A stretch of DNA of 64,000 bases from Octopus sinensis (GCF_006345805.1 NC_043006.1:50468001-50532000), one strand, 5' to 3'. Numbered from the stretch's first letter, positions 37,650 to 52,259 are shown. Numbers and translations are program-made. The notes: generated by a model not told the origin, from the sequence alone.

Positions 37650-39460
37650 TTAAGTTCTCATATTTCAATAATTTCAACCAATCAATGACATGTTTGAAGC
37701 TAGAAAAGAACGAGGAGGACTACATCACATATGCTGGTGGAGTTAACAGAGAATGTGAAAAGTTCAAACTGGACGAAGTAACGCTAGAAATGTTCAAGTG
37801 CCTGATATTTACTCAGGAATTAACTGCTGAAAAAGACATAGAAGTAAGAACAAGAACAATCGCTAATCTGGAACAAAACCAAACTGTGACCTTACAACAA
37901 GTGTCAGAAGCGTGTGAGAGAATAGTAAATTTAAGACACAACCAAGTGAAACAAGTGCGAAACAGGCAACATAGAAGTTATGTGTGTACTATAATACAGT
38001 ACAAACAAGACTGAAAAAAGAGAACCTGTCTTGTATGTGGAGGTCTACACCTGAAAAAAATTTGCCCATTTAAGAAAGTGAAATGTTTCCGGTGTGGAAA
38101 AATTGGACACGTAAAAGCTCACTGTAAAACCAAGATGACAAAACGTTGAAAAAAACAGAGTAATCAAAGTGTCGTCGAAAGAAAATGGTAATGTGACAAA
38201 GTGAAAATTTGTAAATGGGAAAATTGAAAATATAAGAGTAAAAATGCAGTTAGATACTAGAAATGATATTACCATTGTGAATGAAGAAACTTGGAAGTAT
38301 ATCGGTAAGCCAAAATTAAGTAAATCTACAAAAGTAGTACACAGTGTTACGGGTAAAAGATAGTATTTTGTAGGTGAATTTGCGTGTAATGTGGCATTTC
38401 GTGACCAAATGAAAACAACAAAAGTATGTGTTAAAAATTTCAGTTAATCTGTTCGGCACAAAGTGGATGGAACTGTTCAAATTGTGGAAACCCATAAATG
38501 TTTTGTACGGGAATATAATCGGTTCAGTCGAAGGTTCGAATACCGCTTAGAGATTGAAACAAAAAAATAAAACATTTATTTCCAGATGTTTTCTCGGATT
38601 AATTGCGCCGTTGCACGAAAACGAAGGCAAAAATTGTAGTAAAAGTGCAACACCTGTATTTAAACCAAAATGTAAAGTACCGTTCGCGGCGCTAGAACAG
38701 ACACGAGAAGACGGACCACTTAGACTGGGAAGCACCTACGGTCTATGTAAAAAATTAGTGTTTTTGCCGATTTTCAACGGGGTTGAATGATTGCTTAATC
38801 ACATAACCACCCATTGCCGAGTCCTGAGGAAGCGTTCACAAAATTGAATGGAGGGAAATTCTTCTCAAAATTAGATCTCTCGGAGGTATATTTAGAAATC
38901 CAAGTAGAAGAATGCTCACACTTATTAGCTTTTAATACACATCGTGGCTTATTTTAATTTTAAGCGGCTTCCTTTCGGTGTAGAAGTGTCCCATTCCATA
39001 TTTCAGCAAGTAATGGATACAATGCTAGCAGACAGTGATTTTGCTATCGCCTATTGAGACGATGTTCTAATAAAAAACGAATCACACAAACGACATGTAG
39101 AACATATAAAAGGAGTGTTCGAAAAGATAAGAAAATACGATTTTAACTTAAGTGAAGAAAACTGCAAGTTCTTTCTGAAAAAAATTAAATACTTGGGCTA
39201 GATAATAGATAAAAACAGATAGAAACCGGATCCATCCAGAGCAACTGTGATAAAAAAATATTCCCACGCCGAATAACGTGACTATGCTACAAGTACTGTT
39301 GGGGTTAGTAAATTTCTACCAAATTTATATTTCCAACATACACAATGTAAGGGTTCCATTCAATGACCTGTTAAAGAAAAATGCAAAATGGTGCTGGACT
39401 GGTTTGTGCCAGAAAGTATTTGACGAATCAAAAATATTTTAACATCGAACTTATCGTTAA
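37650..39460 (+). pseudogene. Decayed Ty3/Gypsy LTR-retrotransposon gag-pol
   Basis: CFRCGKIGHVKAHC (CCHC), MQLDT (protease), PVFKPKCKVPFA, LNGGKFFSKLDLSEVYLEIQV, NTHRGLF, RLPFGV..IFQQVMDTML, Y*DDVL, CKFFLKKIKYLG; many stops and deletions. Confidence 0.9.
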
Positions 39461-39833
39461 TACGATACTTATCGTTATCTATATGAGCTGTTTGCGAGAT
39501 TCGGCGTCTCAGGTACGATTGATAATGGAACGCGATTTGTGTCTTTTGAGTTAAAAAAATTTTGTAAAACGAAACCAAGAGAATGGATGAACCAATAGAA
39601 TAGTTATATGATACTTTTCAAGTACCAGCGCCACTAAAAATAACTGAAAACAGGCGCACGAGCGAAAGAAAAGGAAAATGTAAGGAGTTCCTGGAAGTGG
39701 ATGCCAAACGAAAAAAACATTAAATTTGTAACTGCATGAAGAAAAAAAACTGAAGAAAATGTGCGATGGGTGATGTAAAGAATTGTTGCTAATAAAAAGA
39801 AATAAAATTACACTTCATGAGAAAAAAAAACTT

Positions 39834-40030
39834 AAAAGGGAAGATGTTATGGGGATAATAATAATACTGGAACATATCTCCCACGTGACGAGTGGCATGT
39901 GATAGTCGTTACAAATACTGTGACGTAGGAGAAGTCGTGGTAGTCGGTCATAGATAGTCGTGTCTTGTCTAACTAACTATACTGCTATACCGGAGTGGAC
40001 GTTATATCATTTCTACGTTGTATTACAATA
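39834..40030 (+). repeat. Probable polypurine tract and 3' LTR start of the Gypsy relic
   Basis: aaaagggaaga immediately followed by TGTTATGG at 39845; LTR end not determinable. Confidence 0.5.
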
Positions 40031-40049
40031 GAATAAATGAACCTTCTCT

Positions 40050-40640
40050 TTCGAACATGTTCGCTAGGTTTCACCTCCAATACTGCTGTCTGATGTGGTT
40101 TCCATGCACAAGGCATGACACAATGAGAACTGAAGCACCGCTGAGGTCGTTCACAAAAAAGTGGAATGACAAGCATTCATTATTGAGCTCGCCTCCAAAA
40201 GCTAATTCTTTCCAATGCCGTCGTGAGCGCTACATTATTTGTACAATATTAAAAATACGCCACCAATATTTTCCAAATGATGTCGGCATTGAGTTTCCGG
40301 GTCACCCTAGGCTAGACTTCCGTGCCATATGTTCCAAAGAAAAGTCGAATTCACATGATATAAGATCATTGCGACACATCATTTTACCTTGCATTACCCT
40401 GCATTCAACGTTTTCCCGAAAGAAATTAAAGTAGAGAAAGATCCCACAACATTTAAACGGTCACTGGACAAATTCCTCCAAGAAGTACCAACCATACCCT
40501 AACACCTGGATACATATCAGCGAACAACAAGTCTTCACTCAAGTGATTCATGGTGTCCCGAATCCTGGTCTAAAAGATGTCTCTAGGTGGTGTTATCATG
40601 TTAGTATTGACCAGGGACGATAATGACCGAAACCACTCTA
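40050..40640 (+). pseudogene. CR1/L2-like LINE 3' fragment
   Basis: ..FQCRRERYIICTILKI.. and ..FKRSLDKFLQEVP..PGY; related tail at 46500-46745. Confidence 0.6.
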
Positions 40641-40844
40641 AGTCAGGACAGACAGACAGGTATTTTTGAAATGCTTTAACTGAGGAAGGTTAACGTAATG
40701 GATGCATTTCTTTTTATATAACACACTAACCTGACGCATATGTATTTAATGATTTCAGACTCCACATGTGGGGATAGTCTAACAACAATTTGGGGTAGTT
40801 TGTTATATTTGATTCCAGTCGAAAATTCTGGTACGGTGCACCAG

Positions 40845-40904
<60 letters not shown>

Positions 40905-40905
<1 letters not shown>

Positions 40906-41057
40906 TGTGTGATTGTGTGTGTATGTGTTTGTGTTAGTCTCCCCTCACCGCTTGAAAACGGGTATTGTTTTTTATGTCCCAGTATCTTAGCAGTTGGGTA
41001 AATGAATTCGATAAATATGTGTAAGAGAGAGTATGTGTGACTGTGTGTGTGTGTGTG

Positions 41058-41094
<37 letters not shown>

Positions 41095-41250
41095 GTGTGT
41101 GATTGTGTGTGTATGTGTTTGTGTTAGTCTCCCCTCACCGCTTGAAAACGGGTATTGTTTTTTATGTCCCAGTATCTTAGCAGTTGGGTAAATGAATTCG
41201 ATAAATATGTGTAAGAGAGAGTATGTGTGACTGTGTGTGTGTGTGTGTTT
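40905..41250. repeat. Tandem duplication, period 190 bp, bounded by (GT)n, within a SINE B remnant
   Basis: gattgtgtgtgtatgtgtttgtgttagtctcccctcaccgc at 40911 and 41101. Confidence 0.9.
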
Positions 41251-42227
41251 GTGTGTGTGTGTATGTGTTCAGTGTATGTTGAAATGTATGTACTGTACAC
41301 TCTAAACACCATACTGGGGTCGATCTGTTCAAGGCAGTGCCACAGCATGGCCGGAGTCCATTGACTTAAATAAATAAAACGTAAATAATAAACGATAACA
41401 TATGTGGTGTGTCAACAAAGAGGTTCCTTCATTAACTTATTCTTTTTGTGATGTCAGAAACTATGAAATGCCTATCCACAAAAAAATATTTACCTCTATT
41501 GTAAGAAGGGAAGACAAATATCACTAACATTTCATAAAGTTTATCCTTAATCGTCATTTATATTGTACTCGATTTTTTATATAGCATTATAACTCTATAG
41601 AATTCAATACATTAATTTTGATACATTTTGAACTATATATCTACTTAAGAAACCCAGGTGTTTATATACAAGAAATTATCTTTCTAATGCTGTTTCACAC
41701 TCCACCAATTTCACTTTAAACTGTTTGCACTAGCTATAAACACATTATATTGTATTTAAATATAAAACGCCTTTCGATATTTATTGTATAATGGCGTCTA
41801 TAATTTCTATGGCAAGAGAGAATTAATGTAGCAATGAGATAGATATTTTCCTCTCAAGTGAAATGTTTTCTTTTTTTCTTTTTACCGATAAGCACAAGCA
41901 ACTCTACAAACGAGGCATCAATGAAACTCTTGGCGATCGTTCAACCTGGTAGACGTAATTGCTAAATCATCTTGCATTCAAGGTCTTCTCTTAAAAAGCG
42001 AAAGACATTTCAGCAATAATGTAGTCTTAGATATACTGAAAAGGTATTAGGGCTGGAATGTCTTTGATCTTAGTTCTACTGGATCTAACCCTAACCTGAA
42101 TTTAAACACCGTATTGTTAAAACCCTATATAGATACATATACATACATACAACATACAATATATGCATGCATATACGTTCACATACACATGCATGCATAT
42201 ACAATACATGCATGCATACAAGAAACG

Positions 42228-42270
<43 letters not shown>

Positions 42271-43265
42271 GAATATATGCATACAGGCATACATAAATAT
42301 ATATAGATATAGATACATTCATGCATACACTCAATTTTGAGCGTAACCAGCCTTCATCTGTGCCAGTTAAATTACAATTCCTGAATCCGAAAGTGATTCA
42401 GTTGTGGTCCACCAAGCTATTGCTTGCATACTTCCAGTCTGTTAAACCTGCACATGCCACCAAAGAACCCATCACCAAAGGACCAGAAAATAATCACACT
42501 GTAAGAGGAAATCTCGTAATATTAATGCATCGCCAAAGGGATTTTGTACGTGAGTTCGTTTATCGGTATTTGAACATACAACTCACTTTCTGAGCTAGGC
42601 AAAAGTTTACGATGCATAAAAAGATAGTAAGACCAAATAATGTCAAACTTGTAAGCTTTATATCAGGCCTAGTCTTTCCCAAGCAAAGGAGATACGAATG
42701 CAAGGCTTTCCTACTCCCATTTAAGTAATCCTCATTAAGGTTAAGAACCTTTATGTACCCCAACCCTAAATACTTCTAACAAGAAGTAGAGATCACTCTT
42801 AACCCACGTTTCTTACAACACGTTTGTTCGCCATCATATTTGACCCCTATGCTTGATTCATCAGCCTTTTTAACAACCCTTGTTTTCGTCCTGTTGGATT
42901 CTGGCAACTTCCCTCACAGAGCGAATATATTTAGTGCCATTGTTTAGTTGCAGTCGAACCGACCATGTAAGAGGTTGTATGGGATTATATGTTATGAATA
43001 ACACGGTAAGAAAACTTTTGATCATAGATCATATCATAGATCACGGATGATATGCAGCTGAACAACAACAACAACAACATATTCGCCGCCGAAGATATTT
43101 CAGTGTTTACAAACGTAGCTCATTTTTTCATTTATACGTGCCTGCCTATGCGGGTGCATGTGTGGAGTATGTATGCGTTTGTACTTAATTGTATGTACGC
43201 TAGTATGCGTGTACGCGTATGTGTGTGAGTGTCTGATTACACACACACAAACATGCACATACATA

Positions 43266-43405
<140 letters not shown>

Positions 43406-43659
43406 GTATGTATATATACACCTATATACATATATGTATGCCATTGTCCAGTTTTATTTCAAGATTTCTTGCCAATAGAGAAAGAGCCGGTTTCTAACCT
43501 AGATCCAAGGTTCCTTCGTTGGAATTTCAACATCAACAACATGATATTTTTGCATGTATGTATGTACGTATGTATGTATGTATGTATGTATGCAAATTAG
43601 TATGTTTTGCTTTATGTATGTATTCTCATGCATTTAGTTGCATGTCTAGACATGCTCAT

Positions 43660-43990
43660 ATATATGTTTAAATGTTAAACTTCAGGAGTTTTACAAATTT
43701 TTATAGTTCCAGTTTTTGTCTTCGAATTAGTTTCCTCCTTTCTGGGTTTGAGAAGCTTAATTTTTCAAGATTGGTATTTAGGCAGTATGTCACACATACC
43801 ATGGCCCCAATAGTTACAGATATAAACTTGAGCTCGTAATCTGGATAGAGTAACTGCAGATTTCTCAATAGTTCATCGTATATATTCTCTTTTTCACTGA
43901 TGTTCAGCTTTGTTAACATCCTCTGGGCAGTTAATTTTTACATCTGTACAGTTTGTTTCCTCTATCCGAAATCATTTTATCAGGTCTGTA
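43660..43990 (-). pseudogene. R4/Dong-like LINE 3' fragment
   Basis: ISEKENIYDELLRNLQLLYPDYELKFISVTIGA, homologous to the end of 56511-57332. Confidence 0.85.
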
Positions 43991-44714
43991 TGTATGTATA
44001 TATGTATGTATGTATAAATTACTTATAGAATTCAATATAATCTAGGTACATCAACAAGTAGGTCGCTAAAATTGCTAGGTAAAATAACATAGCACAGTAA
44101 GCTAAAACAACAATGAAGATGTCAAGTTGATAATAGGATACTGTACGCTTGTAAGTACCAAATCCAATTTAAACCGCAGATCCGATTCGGTTGGTTGTAG
44201 GTGTAGTGGAGGTATGTATGTATGTATGTATGTATTATACGTTTGTATGTATATATGTGTGTAGGGTGCGGTGTGTGTATGTGTGCGTGTACATAAAAAC
44301 ATACATATCAAGATCCTGTTATCTGAGCAGAGGAAGTAGAAAGTGCTTACCTCGTCTAAAACTATAATTATTAATTATTGGATATCTAAAGCAATTTCTT
44401 TCTAATTAATTATAAACAAATGAATTCAACGCGTAGAAATGAGTTTATAACTCGATAAGTATTTTCTTTTGTGATGTTGCACAAAATAATTTCTGTTCTG
44501 ATGTTAATCTTTACTGCCTTTAAAGTTCAGTAGATAGTGTTACGTGCTATGAACCACACCTGGCTACTCGATTCTCTAGGATTGGTCAAATTGATGTTGA
44601 CACCTCTGATAAGAATACAATAAGACTCGAAAATCGATTATCGATGTTAAACATTTTTGTCATTCTACAGAGAAACAGCTAAATTAGTTCTGTTTATAAA
44701 GGTACTTCGGAAGT

Positions 44715-45320
44715 TGGGTGTGTGGTAAGAAGCTTGCTTCCTAACCACATGGTTCCGGGTTTAGTTCCACTGCGTGGCACCTTGAGTAACTGTGTTCTAC
44801 TATAGCCTCGGAGTGGATTTGCTTAACGGAAACTGAAAGAAGCCTGTCGTATATATATATGTAAAATAGAATGTCATAAGCATAAAACTTATAAGCGATC
44901 TCCACGCGATGACTAAAGAAAATAGTCTAGTAATGGGGCATATAAGCCCTCGACAGAATAAAGTAGGTATCCTCGTACACGTGGGACTCGAACCCTCAGC
45001 TCTTTGTTTATGCGACCAAGTGTATTTGCTTAACAAATCCATCGCAGTGAAAGCATACAGACACACACAAACACACGTATGTATATATATATGTATATAT
45101 ATATATATATATGCATGTATATTTGTGTGTTTGTGTCTGTCCCTCCACCATCGCTTGACAAGCGATTTGGTACTTTTAGTCCCTGTAACCTAGCGATAGA
45201 ATAAGTACCTGGCTTACAAAGACTAAGTCTAAGGCTCGATTTCTTCGACTAAAAGGCGGTGCTCCAGCATGGTCACAGTCAAAATGACTGAAACAAGTAA
45301 AAGAGTAAAAGAGTATTAAA
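44715..45320 (+). mobile_element. SINE family B interrupted in its TA tract by a second element
   Basis: 5' half 44715-44860, 3' half 45120-45320. Confidence 0.8.
44865..45055 (-). mobile_element. Short tRNA-headed element nested in SINE B
   Basis: Minus strand ..cacttggtcgcataaacaaagagctgagggttcgagtccc.. has a B-box/T-arm and anticodon-like arm; too degenerate to be a tRNA gene. Confidence 0.5.
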
Positions 45321-45489
45321 GGATAGTAAAGATGTAAACCAGTTTTATAAAATATATAGATTTGTATCATACATATGAAAGTGTAAACCCATTGAACGTT
45401 TGTTTTATTCATTCATACAGATATAGACACAGACACACATACACACACATACGCGCGCGCGCACACGCACACATACACATATACCCACG

Positions 45490-45708
45490 CACACAGAGGA
45501 TTCATCCCTTTTTCCGGCCATTTCATCATGTCAAAACCGTTAATTCCGATACATTTTTCTCTCTTCCTCTTTTTCTTCTCGTCCCTTTCTGCCGGATAGC
45601 TTAAGCCCGAAACGTCAAAAATTTTGGCATTCTTCCCGAGTATCAAACTAAGGCACCTGCTTCTTATTCCCCTCACCTGTTTTTATCTTTTGTTTTCCTT
45701 ACATTTGA

Positions 45709-45712
<4 letters not shown>
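45490..45712 (+). mobile_element. PLE 3' module 'B' (decayed hammerhead) ending at (TA)n
   Basis: tttctgccggatagcttaagcccgaaacgtcaaaa..cccgagtatcaaactaaggcacctgctt; homologous to 22178-22340 and 60155-60340. Confidence 0.65.
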
Positions 45713-45776
<64 letters not shown>

Positions 45777-45779
45777 CTC

Positions 45780-46400
45780 TCCCACTCGAAAGGAATCTAC
45801 CCAGATATCTGGAAACACTACATTATATCTCATTCCCAAGAAAGGCAGCCCCTCCGATCCTACCAACTATTGCTTTATCTTTTTCTGCAAACGGAGACAC
45901 TCATTAAGACAACCTCCAACACTTTGAATCCCCCCTCTCTCTCTCCATCTTAATAAGGGCTCAAACTAGAGATTCCTTAATGCCAGATACACTGGTAACC
46001 TTATTTGCCTCCACTTCCAACAACACACACTCTTATACAGATGATGTTTCTCTCTAACATCAACCAACCATGCATCATCCACTAGCAAACTAGACACCAC
46101 ACGACAAACAAACACTGACTTAATAAACAGAGATGACAAAAGAATTCTTTCTATTGGGGATATATCTTACTTGTCTCTCTCACCAAACCAAAACACCACT
46201 TCCACACATTTCAAGTAAACACAATCACACCACCCCTCCATTAATCCTATGCAGCAATCAGCGATAACTCTCGCCAATTGTTAGGCTTCACTATTATATC
46301 ACTGAGATTTTCCCCTGGTAAAAGCTCATCTTTAACTTAGTTAGGATTGCATCCCGTAGTCTAGCCGTTCTCTTCTAGGTTAGAAGATATTGCGGCTGTT
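45780..46400 (+). pseudogene. Highly decayed Jockey/CR1-group RT fragments
   Basis: IWKH..I..IPK..SDPTNY and YTDD-like pieces. Confidence 0.45.
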
Positions 46401-46759
46401 AACTTGAAAGCAGTTTGCGACAGACATGTTTCATAGTCTCTTGTAATTGAGAGTAGGTACCAAAGTTACCTTTTTTACTAGCGCTCCCGTCCAGATTAAG
46501 GACCATGCACTGCAATAGCTTGGGATTCAAGGATCATGAGCAATGTAATGCCTTGTCAAAACATCTGATGGATCTTCATTGAGTAAGGATAGATGTTTTC
46601 AGGAAACAACTTGACCTCCTGCTGTCCAAGTTCCCAGATGAACCTAAATCACAAAGAAACTCAAAAGAGGACTGCTTCCTTCATCAAAAGCCAATCGCAT
46701 AAGAATGGCCATTGAAAAGGGATTACACTAGTGGTGCTCCATAGTATTTGGGTTGAACC

Positions 46760-47120
46760 GGCTGTGTGGCAAGTAGCTTGTTTACCAACCACATGGTTCC
46801 GGGTTCAGTCCCACTGCATGGCACCTTGGGCAAGTGTCTTCCACTATAGCCTCGGGTCGACCAATGACTTGTGAGTGGATTTGGTAGACGGAAACTGAAA
46901 GAAGCACGTCGTATATATGTATATATATATATATATGTGTGTGTGTGTATGTTTGTGTGTCTGTATTTGTCATGTAACCACTCTCCAAGTTTTTCTAAAG
47001 AGTCCGATAGAGTAAGTACTAGGCTTATAAAAAATAAGTCCTGGGGTCGATTCACTCGACTAAAGGCGGTGTTCCAGCATGGCCACGGTCAAATGACTGA
47101 AACAAGTAAAAGAGTAAAAA
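46760..47120 (+). mobile_element. SINE family B
   Basis: Collinear with 51007-51530. Confidence 0.9.
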
Positions 47121-47140
47121 GAGTATGTCTTGCAGCAATG

Positions 47141-47224
47141 TGGATACATTCGCCCTAAAGTCTACTAAACATTAGGGACCTGGATACATTCGCCCTAAAG
47201 TCTGCTAAACATTAGGGACCTGGA
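47141..47224. repeat. 40-bp tandem duplication
   Basis: tggatacattcgccctaaagtct(a/g)ctaaacattagggacc twice. Confidence 0.9.
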
Positions 47225-47632
47225 AACGGAAGTAGGTCTAAATGTAATGTGAGCTCTTCTAATCAGATCCCATCATGTCGATGCACATGACAATGCAAGT
47301 TAGAAATATAAGACATCTAAAAGACACTTTAACAATAAGTGACCAACGACAAATATACATGGGAAAACAAACGGCCCTAACAATGAGCTAACAGCCAGGC
47401 ATTAAAATGCAATGCTAGAAATAAACAATAATCTTCATAATACATATAAACTCAATATTAACAATAAAAAAAAAATCAACATCATCGAATATCTAAATGG
47501 AAGCCATAAGCATAAACTAACCGCAAAATACAGTTAAAATGCAACCATATTAACAAACCAATAACGTAAGTGATTTAAACAGAAACATAACTATACGAAT
47601 CAGCAGTATAAAGACTAAAACTAAAACACAAA

Positions 47633-47692
<60 letters not shown>

Positions 47693-47695
47693 CAC

Positions 47696-47736
<41 letters not shown>

Positions 47737-48192
47737 AGAAACAATAATTACTGTATCTGTCTTATGCATTTTTACAAATTTTTCTCAAAATAAGATTTAA
47801 TCATTAGTTGTACTAGAGATAAAACTATAATTATTTTTAACGTGGAATGAAAGAAGTAAATTTTATTGAGTTGTTTTTGATTGATAGTTTGTAGATTTGA
47901 TTTTCCTTTTTAATCGCTACAATTTGTAATATATCATAGAAATATAGGAGTGTGCAATTGACAGTCAGAAATAATTTTGGTGACTATGATTAATGTGTGT
48001 GTACGTGAAATCTGTATGTGTACATGTGTTGGTGTGTGTGTGTGTGTGTTTGTGTGTGTTTGTGTGTGTGTTTGTATGTGTGTTTGTGTATGTTTGTGTG
48101 TATGTTTGTGCGTGCATGTGTGAGTGTGTGTGTGTGAGTGTGTGTGTGTGTGAGAGAGAGAGAGAGAAGTGGAAGAGAGTATAAGGTTGTTA

Positions 48193-48228
48193 TAGATAGC
48201 TAGATAGATAGATAGATAGATAGATAGG

Positions 48229-48293
<65 letters not shown>

Positions 48294-48300
48294 TGATTGA
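48193..48300. repeat. (GATA)n microsatellite
   Basis: Direct reading. Confidence 0.95.
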
Positions 48301-48505
48301 TTTATCGAAATAGGAACATACGGAAGTAGATTGCTTGACAGGTATATCTTTTGAGAGAGATATATGTCTTCAACGTATATAAATAACTAGATTGTCACAA
48401 ACATTTTAACGAACCTAAATTTCGCTCACGTCTAAACATTGTTTGGCGCCGATACTGCTTAATATGTATGCGTATATGTGTGTATGTGTGTGCGTATTCA
48501 TGTAC

Positions 48506-48538
<33 letters not shown>

Positions 48539-51006
48539 TGTATGTATGTATGTTTATAAATATATATACGTATATGTATACAGATACACACACCCATGTT
48601 TATGTATGAGAGAAAGAGGAACAGAAGGCATGCAGACAGATAGAGACAGACAGGTAGATAGACAGACAGATACAGGTAGATGGACATATTAACAGATTAG
48701 AAGAGGGTGTAAGATTAAGAGAGTTAACAAGAGAGTAGAAGAGAGGGAGAGTGAGAGAGAATTAAAGAAAGGGAGAGAGATACAGGAAACAACATTGTGA
48801 GGATACGATGAAAAAGAGTGTATGGAAAAGAGAGAAATTGGGGGAAATGAGGGACAGCGCTTATATGTATAATAGACAGTGTTTAAAATGGACATAGGCC
48901 TGAAATAGACAAAGAACAGAAAGAAAGAGAGAGAGAGAGAGAGAGAAAAGAGAGAGAGACAGACAAATAGAGAGGGGAAGGAATGAGATGAGAAAGTTAT
49001 AGTGTGAGAAAAGAGTAAAAGAATGAAATGTGTGAAGAAGGGAGTGAGAATGAAATAGAGTGTGTATACTGGGGATGGCTGAAAGTGAGAGAAAGAAACC
49101 AGACAGATATACTGGGCCCAAATATGGTGTTAATCAGGAAGTGTGCATGACTATAAAAATAGGTCTACAATAACAACAACACTTAGAGCTAACAAAGAGA
49201 ACTTTTCGTGGTCGCTCGAATAGCTAGAAATCACAACCAACTCCACCTTTAACTACATCTTAGTGTCTTGAATTATTTAATCCTATGTTCACCAAATCCA
49301 AATCTGAGATTTGAACGTTTTTCATCATAATCGTGTTTGAACAAAAATAAATAGAGCTAAACAAAAATTGCTTCTGATTTTAGGCACAAGGCCAAAAATT
49401 CTAAGTGTAGGGGATTAGTCGGTATCGCCCACTCCCGTACTTGACAGGTGCTTTAATTTTATCGACTCGTCTGCGAGATTTGAACTTAGGGCGGAAAGAA
49501 CCTGAAGAAATATCGAAGGTCACCACTAAGCAACAATAATAATAACAAGGATTCGTTTCAGAAATCGTCAGCAGAGTTGATTATGTTGCAAACTTTCAGG
49601 CCAGATTCACACTTATATATTGAGTTGATGTCTATACTGCAGACATTGACCTGGGTGTCAACTGCCTCAAATTCACAAGTCCAGTAGGAATTCCAAAGAT
49701 GTTCTCTATTTTACTTTATTCATTTCACTGCACTTATATTAATTCTCTCTTTATTTGGCATTGATATTGGATATCATTATCTTAGATAAACTACACCGGC
49801 AAAAAAAAACAGGCCCAGTAGAACTGAAATGGTATTCGATCAAGGTTAACACGGGTTAAGCAACAACAATAACTATACTCCTCGAGAATAGTCATATAGT
49901 TGTTAGAAGCCCTATTATGTTTGATTATTATAACACCCACTTCGGTACACTGTGTACTTATTACCAATAAAGACACGACTATCATTTAAGCGCCAACTAC
50001 ATACTCTCCGATACTGGCCGACGTCACCTTACTTATAGTGATTGTTTCATTCCACTTGTCATGTAGGAGGGCTGTACCATTATTACTAATTCTCTATTGT
50101 TTCTCTGTAGCAACTCATTAACATAATTATTATAGTTGTTTTAATTACTACAACGGGTCACGTATATCTATTTCATAAGTTTTATTGTCTGCCTTTTCAT
50201 ACGTACATTAACACATTTTCATAATGTTATTTCATCATATTCTAAATTTCAATCATATATTTAATTCAGTTCCTCAAGCAAGGTTATTTAAAGTGTAACT
50301 CGCCAAATATGTTTCATTATATTCAAGATTTCATTTATGCTTTCGATTTTGTACTATAGTTATATCTATTTAAAATGTAACACACTAAATTCAATTTTTT
50401 CATTATGTTAAATATTACATTTATATGTCATCGATATAATTAAAGCTGTTTTAAACTTAACACGTGTAACTATTTCATTACCAGCAGTGCTTGTGGAAAT
50501 TTCACAGTGATTTTAACAACTGTATGATGGTTGCAAGTCTATAGAGAACCATAAAACATAATTTCTCTAGGAATTGTATTTTATTTAAAATATTTAATTA
50601 TTTAGAGGGTGCAAGAGTTTTAAGAGATTGTATAGTCTTATTATGACTCAACATCTCTGAATGCTCTATTCCTTGCTATCCTTGTTCGTTCCAATTCCTA
50701 TCTATCTGGTGGTCTAGACTGAACAATTGCAAGAGCATTTTCAACACAATCGATAAATTTGCTTCTCCAATAGCTTACATGCTTGTTCTCTTACATCATG
50801 TTCGTTCATTTTCGTGACGATCACCTTAATATTCTGTGTGATGGCAATACGGTCACTGTTTGTAGATACTATGTATTTGTATTCCACCTTGAGTGGAAGC
50901 TGTTTTATTTCATTTATCATCCATAGCACTCACTTAATAATAACAACAACAACAACAACAACAACAAGAACAACAACAACAACAACAACAACAACAATAA
51001 TAATAA

Positions 51007-51197
51007 GGCGCAGGAATGGCTGTGTGGTAAGTAGCTTGCTTTCCAACCACATGGTTCCGGGTTCAGTCCCATTGTGTGGCACTTTGGGCAAGTATCTTCT
51101 ACTATAACCTCGGATCGACCAAAGACTTGTGAGTGGATTTGGTAGACGGAAACTGAAAGAAGACCGTCGAATATATGTATGTATGTATATATATATG

Positions 51198-51254
<57 letters not shown>

Positions 51255-51530
51255 TGTGTGTGTGTGTGTGTGTGTGGTGTGTGTGTGTGTGTGTGTGTGT
51301 CTGTCTGTGTGTGTCTGTCTTTGGGTGTCTGTGTTTGTCCCCCAACATCGCTTGACAACCGATGCTGGTGTGTTTACGTCACCGTAACTTAGGGGTTCGG
51401 CAAAAGAGACCAATGGAATAAGTACTAGGCTTACAAAGAATAAGTCCTGGGGTCGATTCGCTTGACTAAAGGCGGTGCTCCAGAATGGCCGCAGTCAAAA
51501 GACTGAAACAAGTAAAAGTGTAAAAGAGTA
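51007..51530 (+). mobile_element. SINE family B, full-length reference copy (tRNA head, CORE-like domain, internal TA/GT tract)
   Basis: ggcgcaggaatggctgtgtggtaag..gggttcagtccc..ttgggcaagt..; tail gactgaaacaagtaaaag. Confidence 0.9.
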
Positions 51531-51559
<29 letters not shown>

Positions 51560-51561
<2 letters not shown>

Positions 51562-52082
51562 GCCCTGATGCTGTACCAGACAGTCGCTTTCATGGCTTCT
51601 GATCTTAACTCATTGGAAGTGTTATCATGTAAGCAAATATTCTGCTCAATACCACAGATTTGCTTGTCAGTTATTTGACCTTAACCAGTTGAGCATGTCC
51701 CTTAGTGGCTTACGATATGTGCATCTCTGATCACGAGCAGAAGTAGTGGGGGAGCATCATAGCCATGTGTTGAGAGGGATTCTTTGGGGTTTGAATAATT
51801 CATCTCTGGAAACATGGGTGTTTCGTTCAATATCCTTAAGCAACCCTTATTCAGGGACCTTTTGAGCGGGATGGGTTACTCGACCAGAAGAAAATTCTAA
51901 CTGGGCCCCACCTGCAAGGATATGTGCTGTTTATCTTGATATGAGATCACCATGTCGCGCACATATGGTTGTGATGCATGTGCCTAGTGTATCCTTATCA
52001 GACGGGTAGTCATGATGGGTATACTGGGCTTCGTATATTTTACCCGAGTATCACTTTGATGGCATGCACTGCTCTCTCACTC
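51560..52082 (-). mobile_element. Second copy of the (ATT)n-associated ~600-bp element
   Basis: Reverse complement of 5269-5825 with an internal deletion. Confidence 0.9.
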
Positions 52083-52259
52083 ACTAATAATTAGGATTAA
52101 ATGAAATACGATTAGAGAGAGAGAGAGAGAGAGAGTGGACATAAAATACAAAACTGATAGTTCAGACACGTTGACAAGATGTACTACGATATCGTATCGT
52201 TATGTGTTGTGGTATGGTATAACATAATAGGTTGCTGATGAATAAAGAAGATTGAGTAG

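Noticed and set aside
40600-40640. ttgaccagggacgataatgaccgaaaccac
   Set aside because: No stem I or stem III; more likely a LINE 3' tail.
43481-43527. Minus-strand ccaacga-aggaacc..aggtta-GAAA-CCGG-ct motif
   Set aside because: Essential core bases (G5, U16.1) are absent, so it is not scored as a hammerhead.
44960-45050. tRNA gene
   Set aside because: Acceptor and D arms do not pair; treated as a SINE head.
49560-50930. Coding-looking fragments on the minus strand
   Set aside because: Short, interrupted by stops, no recognisable family.
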